Below, piece by piece: positions 52,412-64,000 of a DNA stretch of 64,000 bases. A program made the translations under genes and the position numbers. Source of the stretch: Octopus sinensis. Taxonomy: Eukaryota. The stretch is taken from assembly GCF_006345805.1 (NCBI RefSeq), contig NC_043002.1, positions 74,524,001 to 74,588,000 on the forward strand, read 5' to 3'. Position 1 is the first letter of the stretch, and each line of letters starts with the position of its first letter. Under the pieces are notes generated by a model that worked only from the letters and a program-made list of their open reading frames with translations, had not been told where the DNA came from and ran no database searches.

Positions 52412-54329
52412 CCCTTTAGTGTTTAGACTGGCCAAAACCAGCTGAAAATTTTCCCCTTTATTTGTTTGAACTGGCCAAATCCAGCTGTATCTGATTCCTC
52501 TATGAAATCACTAAAAATATCTACAAATCACATCACTGAATTCTCGTAGCTTTGAGATAATGTGAGATAAAGCCTTTCCTGCCTTTATTCAAGTAAAAAT
52601 ACTGTGAAATTTTTGTGACATTTTCGTTTTTTCATCATTTGAAGAGAAGTATATATCTTACTTTTTAACGAGATGGCATCAGCAAGTAGCAATTCCGACT
52701 TCAAAGGCTTTCCTCTTGATGATGTACAAAATATACATGAAAACCACAGTGATTTGTCTTTAGACAAATCATATTGATATTTATGAATCTTCGTTGGACG
52801 AGGAAGATTTCAATAATGAAAGTGATGAAAACGATACTGAAAACATTACTGCAACATGATTGAAGATTGCTACATCAACCACAATTCCTGATTTCACAGA
52901 AAGGACTAGTCCACAACACAGTCTACCTCCTGAAGCTTAACCATAGGACTATTTTTATTATGGTAGAGATAAAAGAATACACATACCACTTGTGTCGAGC
53001 GTAACCCTAACCCCTAAACCCCAGGTGTGCATATTCTTTACCTTCACCTTTATTTCTACCAAAAAGTTTTTTTGAAACTGTCGTGGATGAAACAAATATG
53101 CTCAACACATAATTTCTATTCTTGGAAGACTTCATCCACTATGGCAGCCAACTGATACTGTGGAAATATGAGCTTTTTTTACCATAAACATTACGTTTGA
53201 TATCAAGCAGCTTCCTCGACTGTGGAACTACTGGATATAAGGTATGGTGATCCATATATCTCTAGCATTATGTCTGACTATAGTTAATTCATGTATTGTT
53301 TATGTAAAAAACCACAAGGTATCTCCACCACCAAAGGACTATGACCATTTGAAATTTCAGGTTGACAATGCATCTCAGTTACATGAGCGCTTTTATTCCA
53401 GAAAGCACAGAACTTGGAGAGAAGCAAAATTAACTGAGGTGGATGCCAACAGAGAAAATATTGACTTCCAGAAAGTGGAAAAAATAAATGGAAGGAAAAA
53501 AGTTTGAAGACATTGTTCGCTGTAAAAAAAAAATGTAAAAGGATATCAGGTCAAGACTTCATATATGTGTTTGTTTTGTAAAGTGCCCTTGTGTAAAGGG
53601 TGCTTTGGACAGTTTCACGGCAGAAATATGGTGTAACTATACTTTGTTGTTTCATAGTAATACTATCATATATTCCTTTCATTTTATTACAAATAATATA
53701 TGTAAGTGAGAAATACATATTAATTTTCAGTATCTTATACACCTGTATTCACCTTTGTCTCACCTGTTAATGAGCTTTTTTTATTAGATGCATTCTGTTA
53801 TGTAAATGTATTCATTAAATTGTATGAGAGTACATAGCCAATGGTATATTGACTAGTAAAAGAGTTTTGTATTTTATTTTCTATGAAAATGTTGGAATGA
53901 AATATAGAGAAAGAATAAAATTTTGTACCAATTATACCTGTATTTTAATTAATTCAAATGAATGTCCCTCATCTTGAAAAGTGACAAAATCGTTGACAGT
54001 TGACATCTGGGATAATTTTATTAACAAATCAAACAGGTTAAGTTAGAAGCATTAAGAATTTCAATGTTAATGTTTATTCATAATTGCTTTTACACCTGTT
54101 ATTTAAATTTACCTGCCCAAAAAAGTCAAATTTAATAAGCAAGATCAGCTGAAATTACATAACTATAATCCAATAGTATATTAGCACCCACTGACAAAAT
54201 TTCAAATCTGTATATAAGAAATTAAAGTCACAAGAAAATAGTGTGGACACCCCTCTTGAACCTCAATAATTCAAAACAATGTGAACAAATAAGCATTACA
54301 TTTGAGAGATTAATCTGAACACTAAAGAG
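52412..54329 (+). mobile_element. Decayed piggyBac (PGBD4-like) element in intron
   Basis: TTAA at 52408-52411 and 54330-54333. TIRs C(C/T)CTTTAGTGTT(T/C)AGA. Transposase remnants FFETVVDETN, FTINITFDIKQLPRLWNYW and a C-terminal Cys-rich ribbon TSYMCLFCKVPLCKGCFGQFH at about 53556. Confidence 0.8.
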
Positions 54330-54345
54330 TTAAACAGGCACTTAC

Positions 54346-54387
54346 TTTTTCTCCTTATGCTTTTTAACATCATCTTTATGGTTGTCT
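54346..54387 (-). CDS. NKTR: Exon 5 (42-nt micro-exon): DNHKDDVKKHKEK
   Basis: Acceptor tttctctttcag|A, donor AA|gtaagt, phase 2-2. Open and compositionally continuous with the HKKHKK start of the next exon. Confidence 0.85.
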
Positions 54388-57218
54388 CTGAAAGAGAAAA
54401 AAAAAATCAATCAAGCATGAGAATTTGTTAAAGAAATTTTTTTAAATCATCGACCTTAATTTTATTTTTAATAAATGTAGCTATCTTTAATGAGGGCAAT
54501 GAATTTCAAGTAAATTATTTCCAAAGAGATTATTTATTTACCATTCATTAGAAGCACATTATTCCACAAGCAATATGTTCAATTAATTTTCTATACCAAT
54601 ATCAGACAGTTGTGAGCATTACTCATGACTGTGTGATGAGTGGTTACATAAAACTCTGAAATTTGTGAAGTCTTGAGCTTCAAATATAATACTATATATA
54701 ATTTAATTATAGTTTAACTCGACTCCATATGACTTCAAATTTGACAGTGCTCACTAAACTTTAAACCATAAAATTATATGTAACCCCCTACAAAGGTGAT
54801 GAGTACCACTTGTGCGCGTGTATGTTCTTTTATTTGTTTCAATCATTTGACAGTGGCCATGCTGGAGCACTGCCTTTTAGCCGAAGAAATTGACCTCAGG
54901 ATTTATTCTTTGTAAGCCTGGTACTTATTCTATCAACCCCTTTTGCCGAACCACAAAGTACAGGAACGAAAACACACCAACATCAGTTGTCAAGCGAGGG
55001 TGGGGATCAAAGAGACACACACACACATACATGATGGGCTTCTTTCAGTTTTTGTCTATGAAATCCACTCACAAAGCTTTGATTGGCCTGAGGCAAAAGT
55101 GGAAGACACTTGCCCAAGGTGTCACACAGTGGGACTGAACCCAGAACCGTGTAGTTGGGAAGCAAATTTCTTACTACACAACCATGCCTGTACATATATG
55201 TGTGTGTGTGTGTGTGTGCGTGCACGTGCGCTACTTTGGCATGTGATCTACAACTTAAAGGGCAATTACTTCAGGTTACTTTTTAGTTTACTTTTCAATT
55301 TCTAAAAAGACTTTACAATAAATTCTTTTGTACATGCTTAACATTATAAATGAATTTTTTCAAAATTCTTACTATTTTAATAATAATAAAACTATATTTC
55401 ATTTATGTCTTAGTAAATAATAATAAGAAACCAAGAATAAACAATATAACAATTAAAATAAGCATGTAGATCACACAAGTTTGCCAGCCATGAGCTTTGC
55501 AACGTAAAGAAACTAAAAACTAACTAAAGTAATCACCCTTGAAGTTGTAGATCACATACCAAAGCAGCACCTATATATATTCTGGTTTAAGCAGCACACA
55601 TAAGTAGCATCACAAATAAGAGAACAACTACTACAAGAGTATCTCAGGCAATGAATGAGAACAATCTAGCCAATCGACTGACCAATAGGTTTGGTCCAAA
55701 ATTCTGAGTATGTTATTAAATAACAACAGGCATCTGGAAAAAGGCTGGAGTGTACATGACCATAACTTTAAAACTATAAGACACTAGTCTGAATATATCA
55801 GAGTATAATAATGATAATTACTTATCTTATAAATTCAGATGATAATAATAATATTGTTGTTGCCCCAGTACAGCCTTGATGATGCTGACCTAAAGACATT
55901 CCAGATGTGACAATCTAAACATGGTTTTCAGGAATAGTGTATCCAGGACTAAATCATCCAATATGTCCTTCCTTTTCCAAGGCAGTATAATCCCCACCAC
56001 AGACATTGTAGCATATCCTTAGTTTTACTGTATTAAAATGGTTGGTATTAGGAAAGCAATTTAACACTAAAACAAATGCAACTATCAGAAAATCCAGCTA
56101 ATGCAACTACGGAAAAACAAAAATTAAAATGATGAAGATAAACAATGAAATAATCAGTTTATTATTTTAATAGTATTAACTCTTTAGCATTCACATTAGT
56201 CTGTCACAAGTAATGCTTATTTATTCACTTTGTTTTAAATTAAGCATGCATTATCTTGTAACTTTGAGATTTTGATGAGGCAACAGTTAATTTCTTAGAA
56301 TGACATTATAGGGTAGAATTGAGAAACCAGATCTGGCCAGTTTGAACATAAAAATAGATAGAATATTTTGGCCGGATATAGCCGGTTTAAATAGTTGGCT
56401 TAGTAATAATTAGTAGAATACACTAAATAATCAGTATTGTTGAACAGTATTGACAGCAATACAGGTATGATCAAGTTTTATGTAACAGTGCATAAAATTA
56501 AGAATGCTGTATTGATGTATATATTTGTATGAAAATTATCTATTCAAAAAGGCTTTAGAGATTTGGAAAATAATTACTGATTCTTTAAAAGTAAATATTG
56601 TTAGTTAACACTATGTCTATTTTTTTTTATAGACCTAAAAAGACCTTAAGTCATGCAATGTAATTCCATCTTCTTAAAGATAGATGTTTTATAAACATTT
56701 TTAGATTGTACACCATCCATTTTCCCATGCTAACATTTTAAAATATTTTTACGAGTAACTCAGAGGAGGAAGGGTAGTACAGTGACACTTTCAGGGCCTC
56801 CAAGACTAGTCAGAGGAAGTGAAGGAGTTATCCTCAGAACAGAGACCTAGTTTGATTGCTTGCAACAGAGCAGACTCCACTAAAGGTACCCAAGGACCAA
56901 TTGTGGTGTTAAAATAGGTCTTCTGTCTAAGAACAAGAACAGCCCTTCAAAAGGGCTTCTACATAGTTTCTGCCAACCAAATTTTACTCACATGGTTCTG
57001 GTCAATGTGAAACAATGGCAGAAGACAATGAGACTGAACCCCAAACCCTATAATTGTGAAGCAAACTTCTTAATCACACAACCATGCCAACATGAGGATA
57101 AACTAAAGAATTAAGATAATTGTATTAAATGTTAAATTAGGTTCTTCCAGAAAAGGATGGACAACATTTTTTTTTAAATTTATAACCAGATCTGCAAGAA
57201 TATAAGAAAAGTACAAAC

Positions 57219-57811
57219 CTGCTCTCTTCAGCAACCTTATTAGATTTGGATGAATCAAGCTGGGCAGCATCACGATGAGAATGAGAATCTTTTGTACGTT
57301 CTTTCTCCAATGGTGAACGACTCCTCTTGGACTCACTGCCTTTCTCTACACTTTGTCTCTTAGATCGATCAGATTCACGCTCACGCTGTCTATCTCTGTC
57401 TCTGTCTCGACTTGATTGTTCTTTACTCTGCTCTTTTTTCCGATTTCGACGATCTCTGCTGTTGCTTCGACGACTGTCTTTCTTCCAGTCATCAGCCTCC
57501 CTGTCTCTGTCCTTACTCTCGCTATGAACACGCCAACCATCGTGGTCAGTGCTCTCGCGATTCCGGCTTGAATTCTCAGAATTTTTCTGTCGGTTTGACT
57601 CAAGTGTATCTCCCTTCACCCAGCGGGTGGAGTTGCTAATTTCCTTTCCTGTTGAATCCAATTTATCTCCTTTCAACCAACGAGAACTGTTAGGGTTCTC
57701 TTTAGCAGCTGCAACAGTCTTCACACCATTATCTACCTGGCGGATTCTATCTAGTTCCCGACGCCAATGTGGCGGAGTAATGCTACCATCTCTACTCCGA
57801 GACCGGAAACG
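57219..57811 (-). CDS. NKTR: Exon 4 (593 nt): RFRSRSRDGSITPPHWRRELDR...RWLKGDK...RWVKGDT... RS/RD-rich
   Basis: Acceptor tttttgtag|C, donor AG|gtttgt, phase 0-2. TPPHW and RWxKGD motifs. Confidence 0.93.
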
Positions 57812-58371
57812 CTACAAAAAATATAACATTAAATCAAAATAAAGATATCGTGATAAAAAAAAAATGCAATAAAAAACAATGTAATCTACTGATTCTAGTA
57901 ACACAAAATCTACAGTCACTGCATTTTGGCAAACAGTTAATATCAATATAAATTTTTTGTGAGTAATAGTCAATATTTTCACTCCTTAATTCATGTGAAC
58001 TGACTGCATGAAGGCCAGCTGTGGTTGAATGATTAACAGGTGAATTTTCTTACCTATCTTTGGAATCTAACGCTATCATTTGATTTAAGCAAGACAACTT
58101 TTCTTACTCCTTAACTGAAGGTATATTCAGTGAGGGTGTATGTAAATTTGTGAATGAAGATACTTGGTTCAGTGGTTGGGGTATTTGGCTAACAACCATA
58201 AGGTCATGAGTTCGATTCCCAGCAGTGTGTTATGTTCTTGAGCAAGATGCTTTATTTCACGTTGCTCCAGTTCACTCAGCTGGCAAAAATGAGTTGTAGT
58301 TCTACCTGTAATTCAAAGGGCCAGCCTTATCACATTCTGTGCACACTGAATTTCACTGAGAACTACTTTAA

Positions 58372-58592
58372 CCCTTTTGTTATCATATTTCTGTTGAGAT
58401 GCTCAGTGTTTCTTTCACTTACTTTAAATATAACAAAGAATTTAGTAAAATAACATAGTTATAATTAAGCTAGTGTTAGGAACATAAATTGTGACTAAGG
58501 TTTGGTGGAAGATTTTAATTCAAAACTTATGAAAACAAGACATTTGTACTACAGAGCCAGAGCCGGTTTCAGCCGGGTTGGTAACGAAAGGG
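58372..58592. mobile_element. TTAA-specific piggyBac-type MITE nested in a SINE; related copies at about 37130-37346 and 56175-56390
   Basis: TTAA flanks at 58368-58371 and 58593-58596. Ends CCCTTT(T/C)GTTA. Host SINE sequence resumes after 58596. Confidence 0.8.
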
Positions 58593-59390
58593 TTAAGAGT
58601 ACACGTGTCTGTGTTATGCTCAGTCAATTGCATGCTAATTTCACAATCAAGCTGTTCCGTTGATTAGATCAACTGGAACCCTAGTCATCATGTCAGTATT
58701 ATGTAAATTTGTAAAAACACACTAATATCTCATTAAAGTATTCAGCCTACACTAGTATTGAAAAAGAAAATGAAAGGGAAACTGTTTGATAAAAAAAAAA
58801 AGCTTATCTTCAAATAAGCAATTTGTAATAAACATTCAACATTAGCCCATTGTGCTGGGACATTATATAGTCTCTCTCTCGAGCCAATGCATTCAATAAG
58901 TAACAACTTATCACAGTGTCTGTGGCATTTAAGTGACTGAGAGCATGAGATGCTTCTGAATGGGACACCAGTCATTGCATAGTTAACCCCCAGCAGCTGC
59001 TAGTATTCATTTTCAAATGACAAGACCAGAGCAAGATGAAATGAAATTCTTTGCTCAAAGAGCAATGTGCAACCCAATCTGGAAATTAAACCCACAACCT
59101 AACCACTAAGCCACACACCTTCATTACATAATGTTACAAAATAATTCATTTAACAGATCACCCTTCACAACACCTGTACCATCCTTTCTCAAATCTCCAT
59201 AGAAATTTATCATTGATTACTTATTTTTGAGAACAAATGAAACATTCACTTTTGCACAGTCATTGAGGCAATTCAGATATTGGGATTAATCAAAGCCCTT
59301 AAAATAAATGATTCTTAAATAGATAATTTAGTATGGTTTCCAAAATAAACAGTATTTTTACAGCATATAAAATTATAACAAATTATACAT

Positions 59391-60695
59391 TTGCAGTGTG
59401 GAAGGTGTTTACAAGCCATTTAAGAAACACACAAAATCCGTTAGATTCACTTCAACATTTAAAATTAATTTGTCAAAATATTTTAGTCGCAGCATGGAAT
59501 TTTGTTAGTGAACAGGTCGGGGTCTCAAAGTGATGAAAATATTTTGACAAATTAAATTTAAATGTTGAAGTGAATCTAATGGATTTTGTGTGGTTCTTAA
59601 CCCTTTCGTTACCAAACCGCCCAAAGCCGCCCGAAATTTTTGGTTAATGTGACCAAACCGCCCGAATTTACCTATTCATATTTAAATGAGAATATCAGAG
59701 CAAATCTCTTTAGTACATTCGTGAAAACACGTATTATACTTCGTAAAGAGTTCAACTACAGTTTTGTACAAAAATCGAAGTGTAATTTTAATTCCGTGAA
59801 TTTTGGGAGATTTTTTCCTGAAATTTGTTCCTATTGTGTTTTCAAAATTTGTAATTCTGACAAAAAATGGATACAAATTTCATTATATCAAGCAACGAGT
59901 CAGAATTCGAAGGATTTTCTACTGAAGAACTTCATAAATCTAACTCTATGACTGAAAAAAAAAAGCATGTGGTATTTGATAATGAATCTGATGTTTCATT
60001 TTCCGAAAGTGGAAACAGTGAATCCGAGAGCTCCGACAGCGATAAAGAAAATGAATTGGCACCTGAATGGAGTGAAAATTTAAAAACTTTCTTTCGGTGA
60101 TGTTTCTGAAGAAACTGGACCAAGCCACAGACTTTCCCAGAAGAGTAAAGCCTTAGACTATTTCTTTTTACTTTTTCGAATGAGCCTATTTGAAATCATT
60201 ACAGCGAAAACGAACCGTTACGCTAAATGTAAACAAAACGAAAGAAAGTGGTTTCCCATAACCTTAAATGAAATTAAGACTATTTTGCCATAAATATTAT
60301 TATGGGTATCAGAAAGTTACCCAGAATAACAAATTCTATCATAAAATTTTGTTGTATACCCAATTGAATATTAGCTAATAACCCATTTTCTATAGCGATG
60401 TTTGAACAAAATTTTAATAATTTTATATTTTGTTGAATTTACCTGTATCTACCTGCAATTAGAGTCACTTTGTGACAAAAATTATAGTATAGAATTGGTT
60501 GAGAACATCTCATTAAATTATCTTCCAAAATTCACGTTAATTTATTGATAAATAAAAAAGTTATAGTTGTTTAATGAAACCAGACTAAATTTATGATTAC
60601 GTTGGAAATTAATTGAAACACATAAGGGGTGTATTTTGGTCAGAAATATAGTAACGAAAGGGTTAAATGGCTTATAAACACCTTCCATGCTGCAA
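59391..60695. mobile_element. Palindromic MITE (59391-59596 + 60667-60695) interrupted by the piggyBac
   Basis: 59391-59485 is the reverse complement of 59535-59600 joined to 60667-60695. Confidence 0.75.
59601..60662 (+). mobile_element. Non-autonomous piggyBac (PGBD4-like) element nested in a palindromic MITE
   Basis: TTAA TSDs at 59597-59600 and 60663-60666. TIR CCCTTTCGTTAC. Remnant acidic N-terminus and ALDYFFLLF...FEIITAKTNRYA...KWFPITLNEIK. Confidence 0.88.
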
Positions 60696-60785
60696 CTATT
60701 TTTGTTCCAGCACACGATCTCAGATCAGGTCACTTGCTATGCAAGTACATCTCTGTAAATTATACATTATTTTCTAAAACATCAC

Positions 60786-60832
60786 TATTCTAGTAAAGGA
60801 CAATCCTAATAGGATTGTCCTTTACTAGAATA
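60786..60832. repeat. Perfect 47-bp palindrome (23-bp arms, 1-nt spacer) in intron
   Basis: TATTCTAGTAAAGGACAATCCTA-A-TAGGATTGTCCTTTACTAGAATA. Confidence 0.95.
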
Positions 60833-61323
60833 TTGAACCTAATCCATGTACTGGTAGCTCAATATGCTATTCAGTGATGTTTTAGAAAATAATACATTGG
60901 TATTGGGGACTTCCAGTTTTTATTTCAAATTTTACAAAATACTCAATGATTTTTAAGCACAGGTCACAAACAAAACTAAAAGGCATCTTTTTCTTAAATA
61001 TACTTCAAATTGTTGATTATAATTTAGACATTGTAATATCTGAAAGGAAATTTTCCATTTCACATAACTATTTTGTCATTTCCAAGTTAAAACTTGTTAT
61101 ATGGACACTAAGAGAGCTTGAAATATTATGAAGATCAAAATTTATCTTTCAGATCAACAAAGTTCCAAAATATATCTAGTCTATGATCATCTTACATGTG
61201 TCAAAAGATATGATTTATCAATTATAGATGATTATCTTCAGGTGATTAAAATTTTGAAGTAATTAGAAACAGGTGCTGTGTGAAATCACAAAAACCAAAA
61301 AGAAAGACAAAGGATAAACTTAC

Positions 61324-61435
61324 AAAACTTCCACGACCCTTGATTTTTCGACCTGTGCTAGAATATTTTGTGCCTCTGCCTTTGTAGTTGGAATCTGGAT
61401 ATTTCCTGTGTGTTTCTCCACGAACTGGAGAATTC
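61324..61435 (-). CDS. NKTR: Exon 3 (112 nt): NSPVRGETHRKYPDSNYKGRGTKYSSTGRKIKGRGSF
   Basis: Acceptor tttatttcag|G, donor TTT|gtaagt, phase 2-0. GRKIKGRG motif. Confidence 0.93.
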
Positions 61436-62147
61436 CTGAAATAAAGTACATTCATCATTATCATCATCAATACCACAACCACTTACACCAACATCATCAC
61501 TCTTATATCTGCTTTCCATGCTGACATGGGTTGAGCAGGTATTCATGTTCTAAGATCATATTTGGAATTACTCCAATCCTAAATGAATCAGAGGACCACA
61601 TCTTACTTGAAAACAGGAAAAATTTCGTATTTCAAATAAGTATTCTGTTGATGACAATTGCATTATTTCCAAATAAAAGCTGATCACTTTCTACTTCTAA
61701 CAGATGTAGAAGCACTTGTAATTCTTTTTAATTCTAGAACAAGGCCAGCAATTTTAGATGAAAGAGTTTGTCAATTACTTTGACCCCAGTACTTGACTGG
61801 TACTTTATTTTATTTACCCTGAAAGGATTAAATACAAAGTTGACTTTGGAGGGATTTGAACTCAGAAGGTAAAGAACCAGAAGGAATACCTCTAACCATT
61901 TTGTCCTATGTGTTAACAATTCTGCCAGCTCAGAGCCTTATGCTTATCGAATATAATAAAACACTAAAATAATGATTTCTTAAATTAGTGAAAAGGCCAG
62001 AATTTTTTAAGAGAATTGAATGTGATCATGACTAATTCATCAAATCAGGAGGGATGAAATGCAAAACTGACCTAACAGGATTTGATCTCAGAATATAATG
62101 ACATCTAACTTCTTAAGTAAATACAATGATGATAAGGAAATACTAAC

Positions 62148-62276
62148 CTGGATTTATCTTGCAACTGAGGATTGCCTCGATAGAGAAATTTGGGTGCTGG
62201 GACATCAGGTATCTCTTCAGGCCGTACAGAGGAAACTTGAGCAGAGTCCTTTTTCGAATCTGATTCAGCATCATTT
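62148..62276 (-). CDS. NKTR: Exon 2 (129 nt): NDAESDSKKDSAQVSSVRPEEIPDVPAPKFLYRGNPQLQDKS
   Basis: Acceptor ttgttcctag|A, donor AG|gttagt, phase 2-2. VRPEEIP motif. Confidence 0.93.
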
Positions 62277-63912
62277 CTAGGAACAAGAGAAAAATTGTCA
62301 CTACATTATAATTTATATCTTTCAATTCTCTTTCCCTCCTATCTAATATTTCAATAGCATATGGGTGACTAACAAAAGGAAAACAAAACATAAACTGAAG
62401 ATATTAATACTGATTTCAAATTTTGGCACAAGGGCAGCAATTTTGGGGGAGTTGGGTAAATCAGTTACATCAACTCCAGTGCTCAACTGGTTCTTATTCT
62501 ATCAACCCTGAGAGGGATGAAAGGCAAAGTCAACCTCAGTGGAATTTGAACTCAGAACATGAGGATAGATGAAAATGCCGCTAAGCAGTTTTTGCCCGCC
62601 AAGCTAACAATTCTGCCATGAAGTAAATGTTGAAAATTTTGATGTTGATGGATATATTTATAAAAGTTGTTTTATTTCCATTACTTCAAGGAACTCATCT
62701 TTTAGGAAAAATAATTCTAGTATGGAGCTGAATTACTAAACGCTTATACAGTCATTAGTTTAAAACCAGCTACATCTATTGTTTCATATTCATATGAAGT
62801 TCCTTTGAAGAAAAAAAATAGATGTTGGGTGACAACAGTTGGTTTAACAATGGAAGACAACCTTTCATTCCTATGTACTTCTTGATTTTGAAGATACAAA
62901 GGAATAGAATTCATAGATATAAATGAATAAAAATTGCTACAAATAGTGATTTCATAATTATCATTCTAATATATTTTTTAATGTTAAATTTTGCAGACAA
63001 AATATTAAGTCTTTTTCCATACAAGAATGAGCTCAATTGCTCTGCAAATTTAGATACCGTTTTATCAGAACTTATACATTAATAAAATTTTTGCATGCTA
63101 AAAACTCTTATGTAAATAACACAGCTCTCTGTTCGTATGTATCCCTCGACTTAAAGAGACAGAATTGGTATTATTCAGCTGCTATGGGGAAGGGATGTAG
63201 CACTTATTTCCAGCTGTAGAAAGACTGAAAACTGCTAGTAATTATTGTTGGAAAATAACCTAGACTACAGCTATCACTCACAACTGAGGATGACTTGGTA
63301 TCACATACTATGCTCTTATTGATTGTTTTAGGCGTTCATGTACTTGCAGGGAGGCATAGACACCTTCTCAGCTCTTCTACACTTGATCTAGCAAAACAGA
63401 CAGAATGTGAGGAGAGAATTGCACCAGTAAAACACCTACAATGCAAAGAGAAGGCTGGTACTTTATGAAACCCAAAAAGATGAAAAGTAAAGTTGACTTT
63501 GACAGGATTTGAACTCAGAATGCAGAGAGCTGGAACAAATACCACAACACTGATGCTTTAAAGACTTGTTCAAAAACAAGTGACAAATAAAACTATATCA
63601 GGGTTGTCAAATAAGAGTTCATCTAATTAAATATCAAGCAAGAGAACCATTTTTTGAACAGAAAAATTTTCTACCTTTCAAAACCTAGTTTGATAAAGTA
63701 GAAAGCTTATCTGGATACTAAAAATTTCATTTAATGAATCACCTTAGGAAGTTATGGCAATTTTCTTACTATCCCAACAGAAAATAGTCTTTAAATAGAG
63801 AATTTCAAAACTATTATGAAGGTACAAGACAGACATGAAGAATACGAAAAAAGAAACTATTATTTCTTTTCAAGGTGAATGAAATGGGGGGGGGGGCTAA
63901 AAAGAAACTTAC

Positions 63913-64000
63913 TTTGATTCTTTCTTTTTCTTCTTTTTTTTCTCCTTCTTCTTCTTTGATTTCTTTTTCTTCTTCTTTGATTTCTTCTTTTTCTTTTCAG
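63913..64000 (-). CDS. NKTR: Exon 1 in window (5'-truncated by edge), Lys-rich EKKKKKSKKKKKKSKKKKEKKKKKKKESK
   Basis: Donor AA|gtaagt at 63912, phase 2. Resembles the basic stretch following the cyclophilin domain in PPIG/NKTR. Confidence 0.85.

Larger units (their letters stand above)
30722..64000 (-). other. NKTR: Gene span (5'-partial): NKTR/PPIG-family RS-domain nuclear cyclophilin, 15 coding exons in window
   Basis: Exons join in one frame through 14 GT-AG introns (3,851 coding nt in window). Motifs match human PPIG/NKTR as I recall them: SSVRPEEIPDVP-KFLYR, TGRKIKGRG, TPPHWR, RWLKGDK. NKTR-type motifs HWKPGQKPW and KWQPP are present. NKTR rather than PPIG is inferred from those motifs and the length. 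Confidence 0.85.

Noticed and set aside
38610-61540. Apparent sense-orientation bias of (GAT)n-tailed repeats in the introns
   Set aside because: Few independent copies, one is a local duplicate, and plus-orientation tails exist near 51.2 and 56.1 kb. Not distinguishable from chance by eye.

Overview
AT-rich, microsatellite- and SINE-dense animal DNA. The SINE, MITE and microsatellite content is typical of an octopus (coleoid cephalopod) genome; this assignment is by pattern recognition, not by search. The right half (30722-64000, minus strand) holds the last 15 coding exons of an NKTR/PPIG-family SR-cyclophilin gene. I assembled these exons by hand: all 14 introns are GT-AG and the frame stays open for about 1,280 codons to a TGA at 30722-30724. 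The N-terminal cyclophilin domain should lie beyond the window edge. The left half (1-30 kb) has no supportable protein-coding gene. It contains decayed Tc1/mariner, hAT, Helitron-like and LINE relics, many SINEs and one promoter-like ETS cluster. Best second-look items: (i) hammerhead-ribozyme-like cores in Penelope-type inverted structures at about 29.3 kb and 16.9 kb, plus a variant family at 20.5 and 14.2 kb; (ii) a phase-2-dominated exon architecture that is skippable in frame; (iii) a CpG-retaining structured intronic element at about 47.9 kb; (iv) intronic inverted repeats and a perfect 47-bp palindrome that could be ADAR or back-splicing substrates; (v) local duplications flanking a symmetric exon. 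I see no evidence of a wholly new multi-gene system. Repeat boundaries are approximate (about +/-20 bp); exon boundaries were counted base by base.
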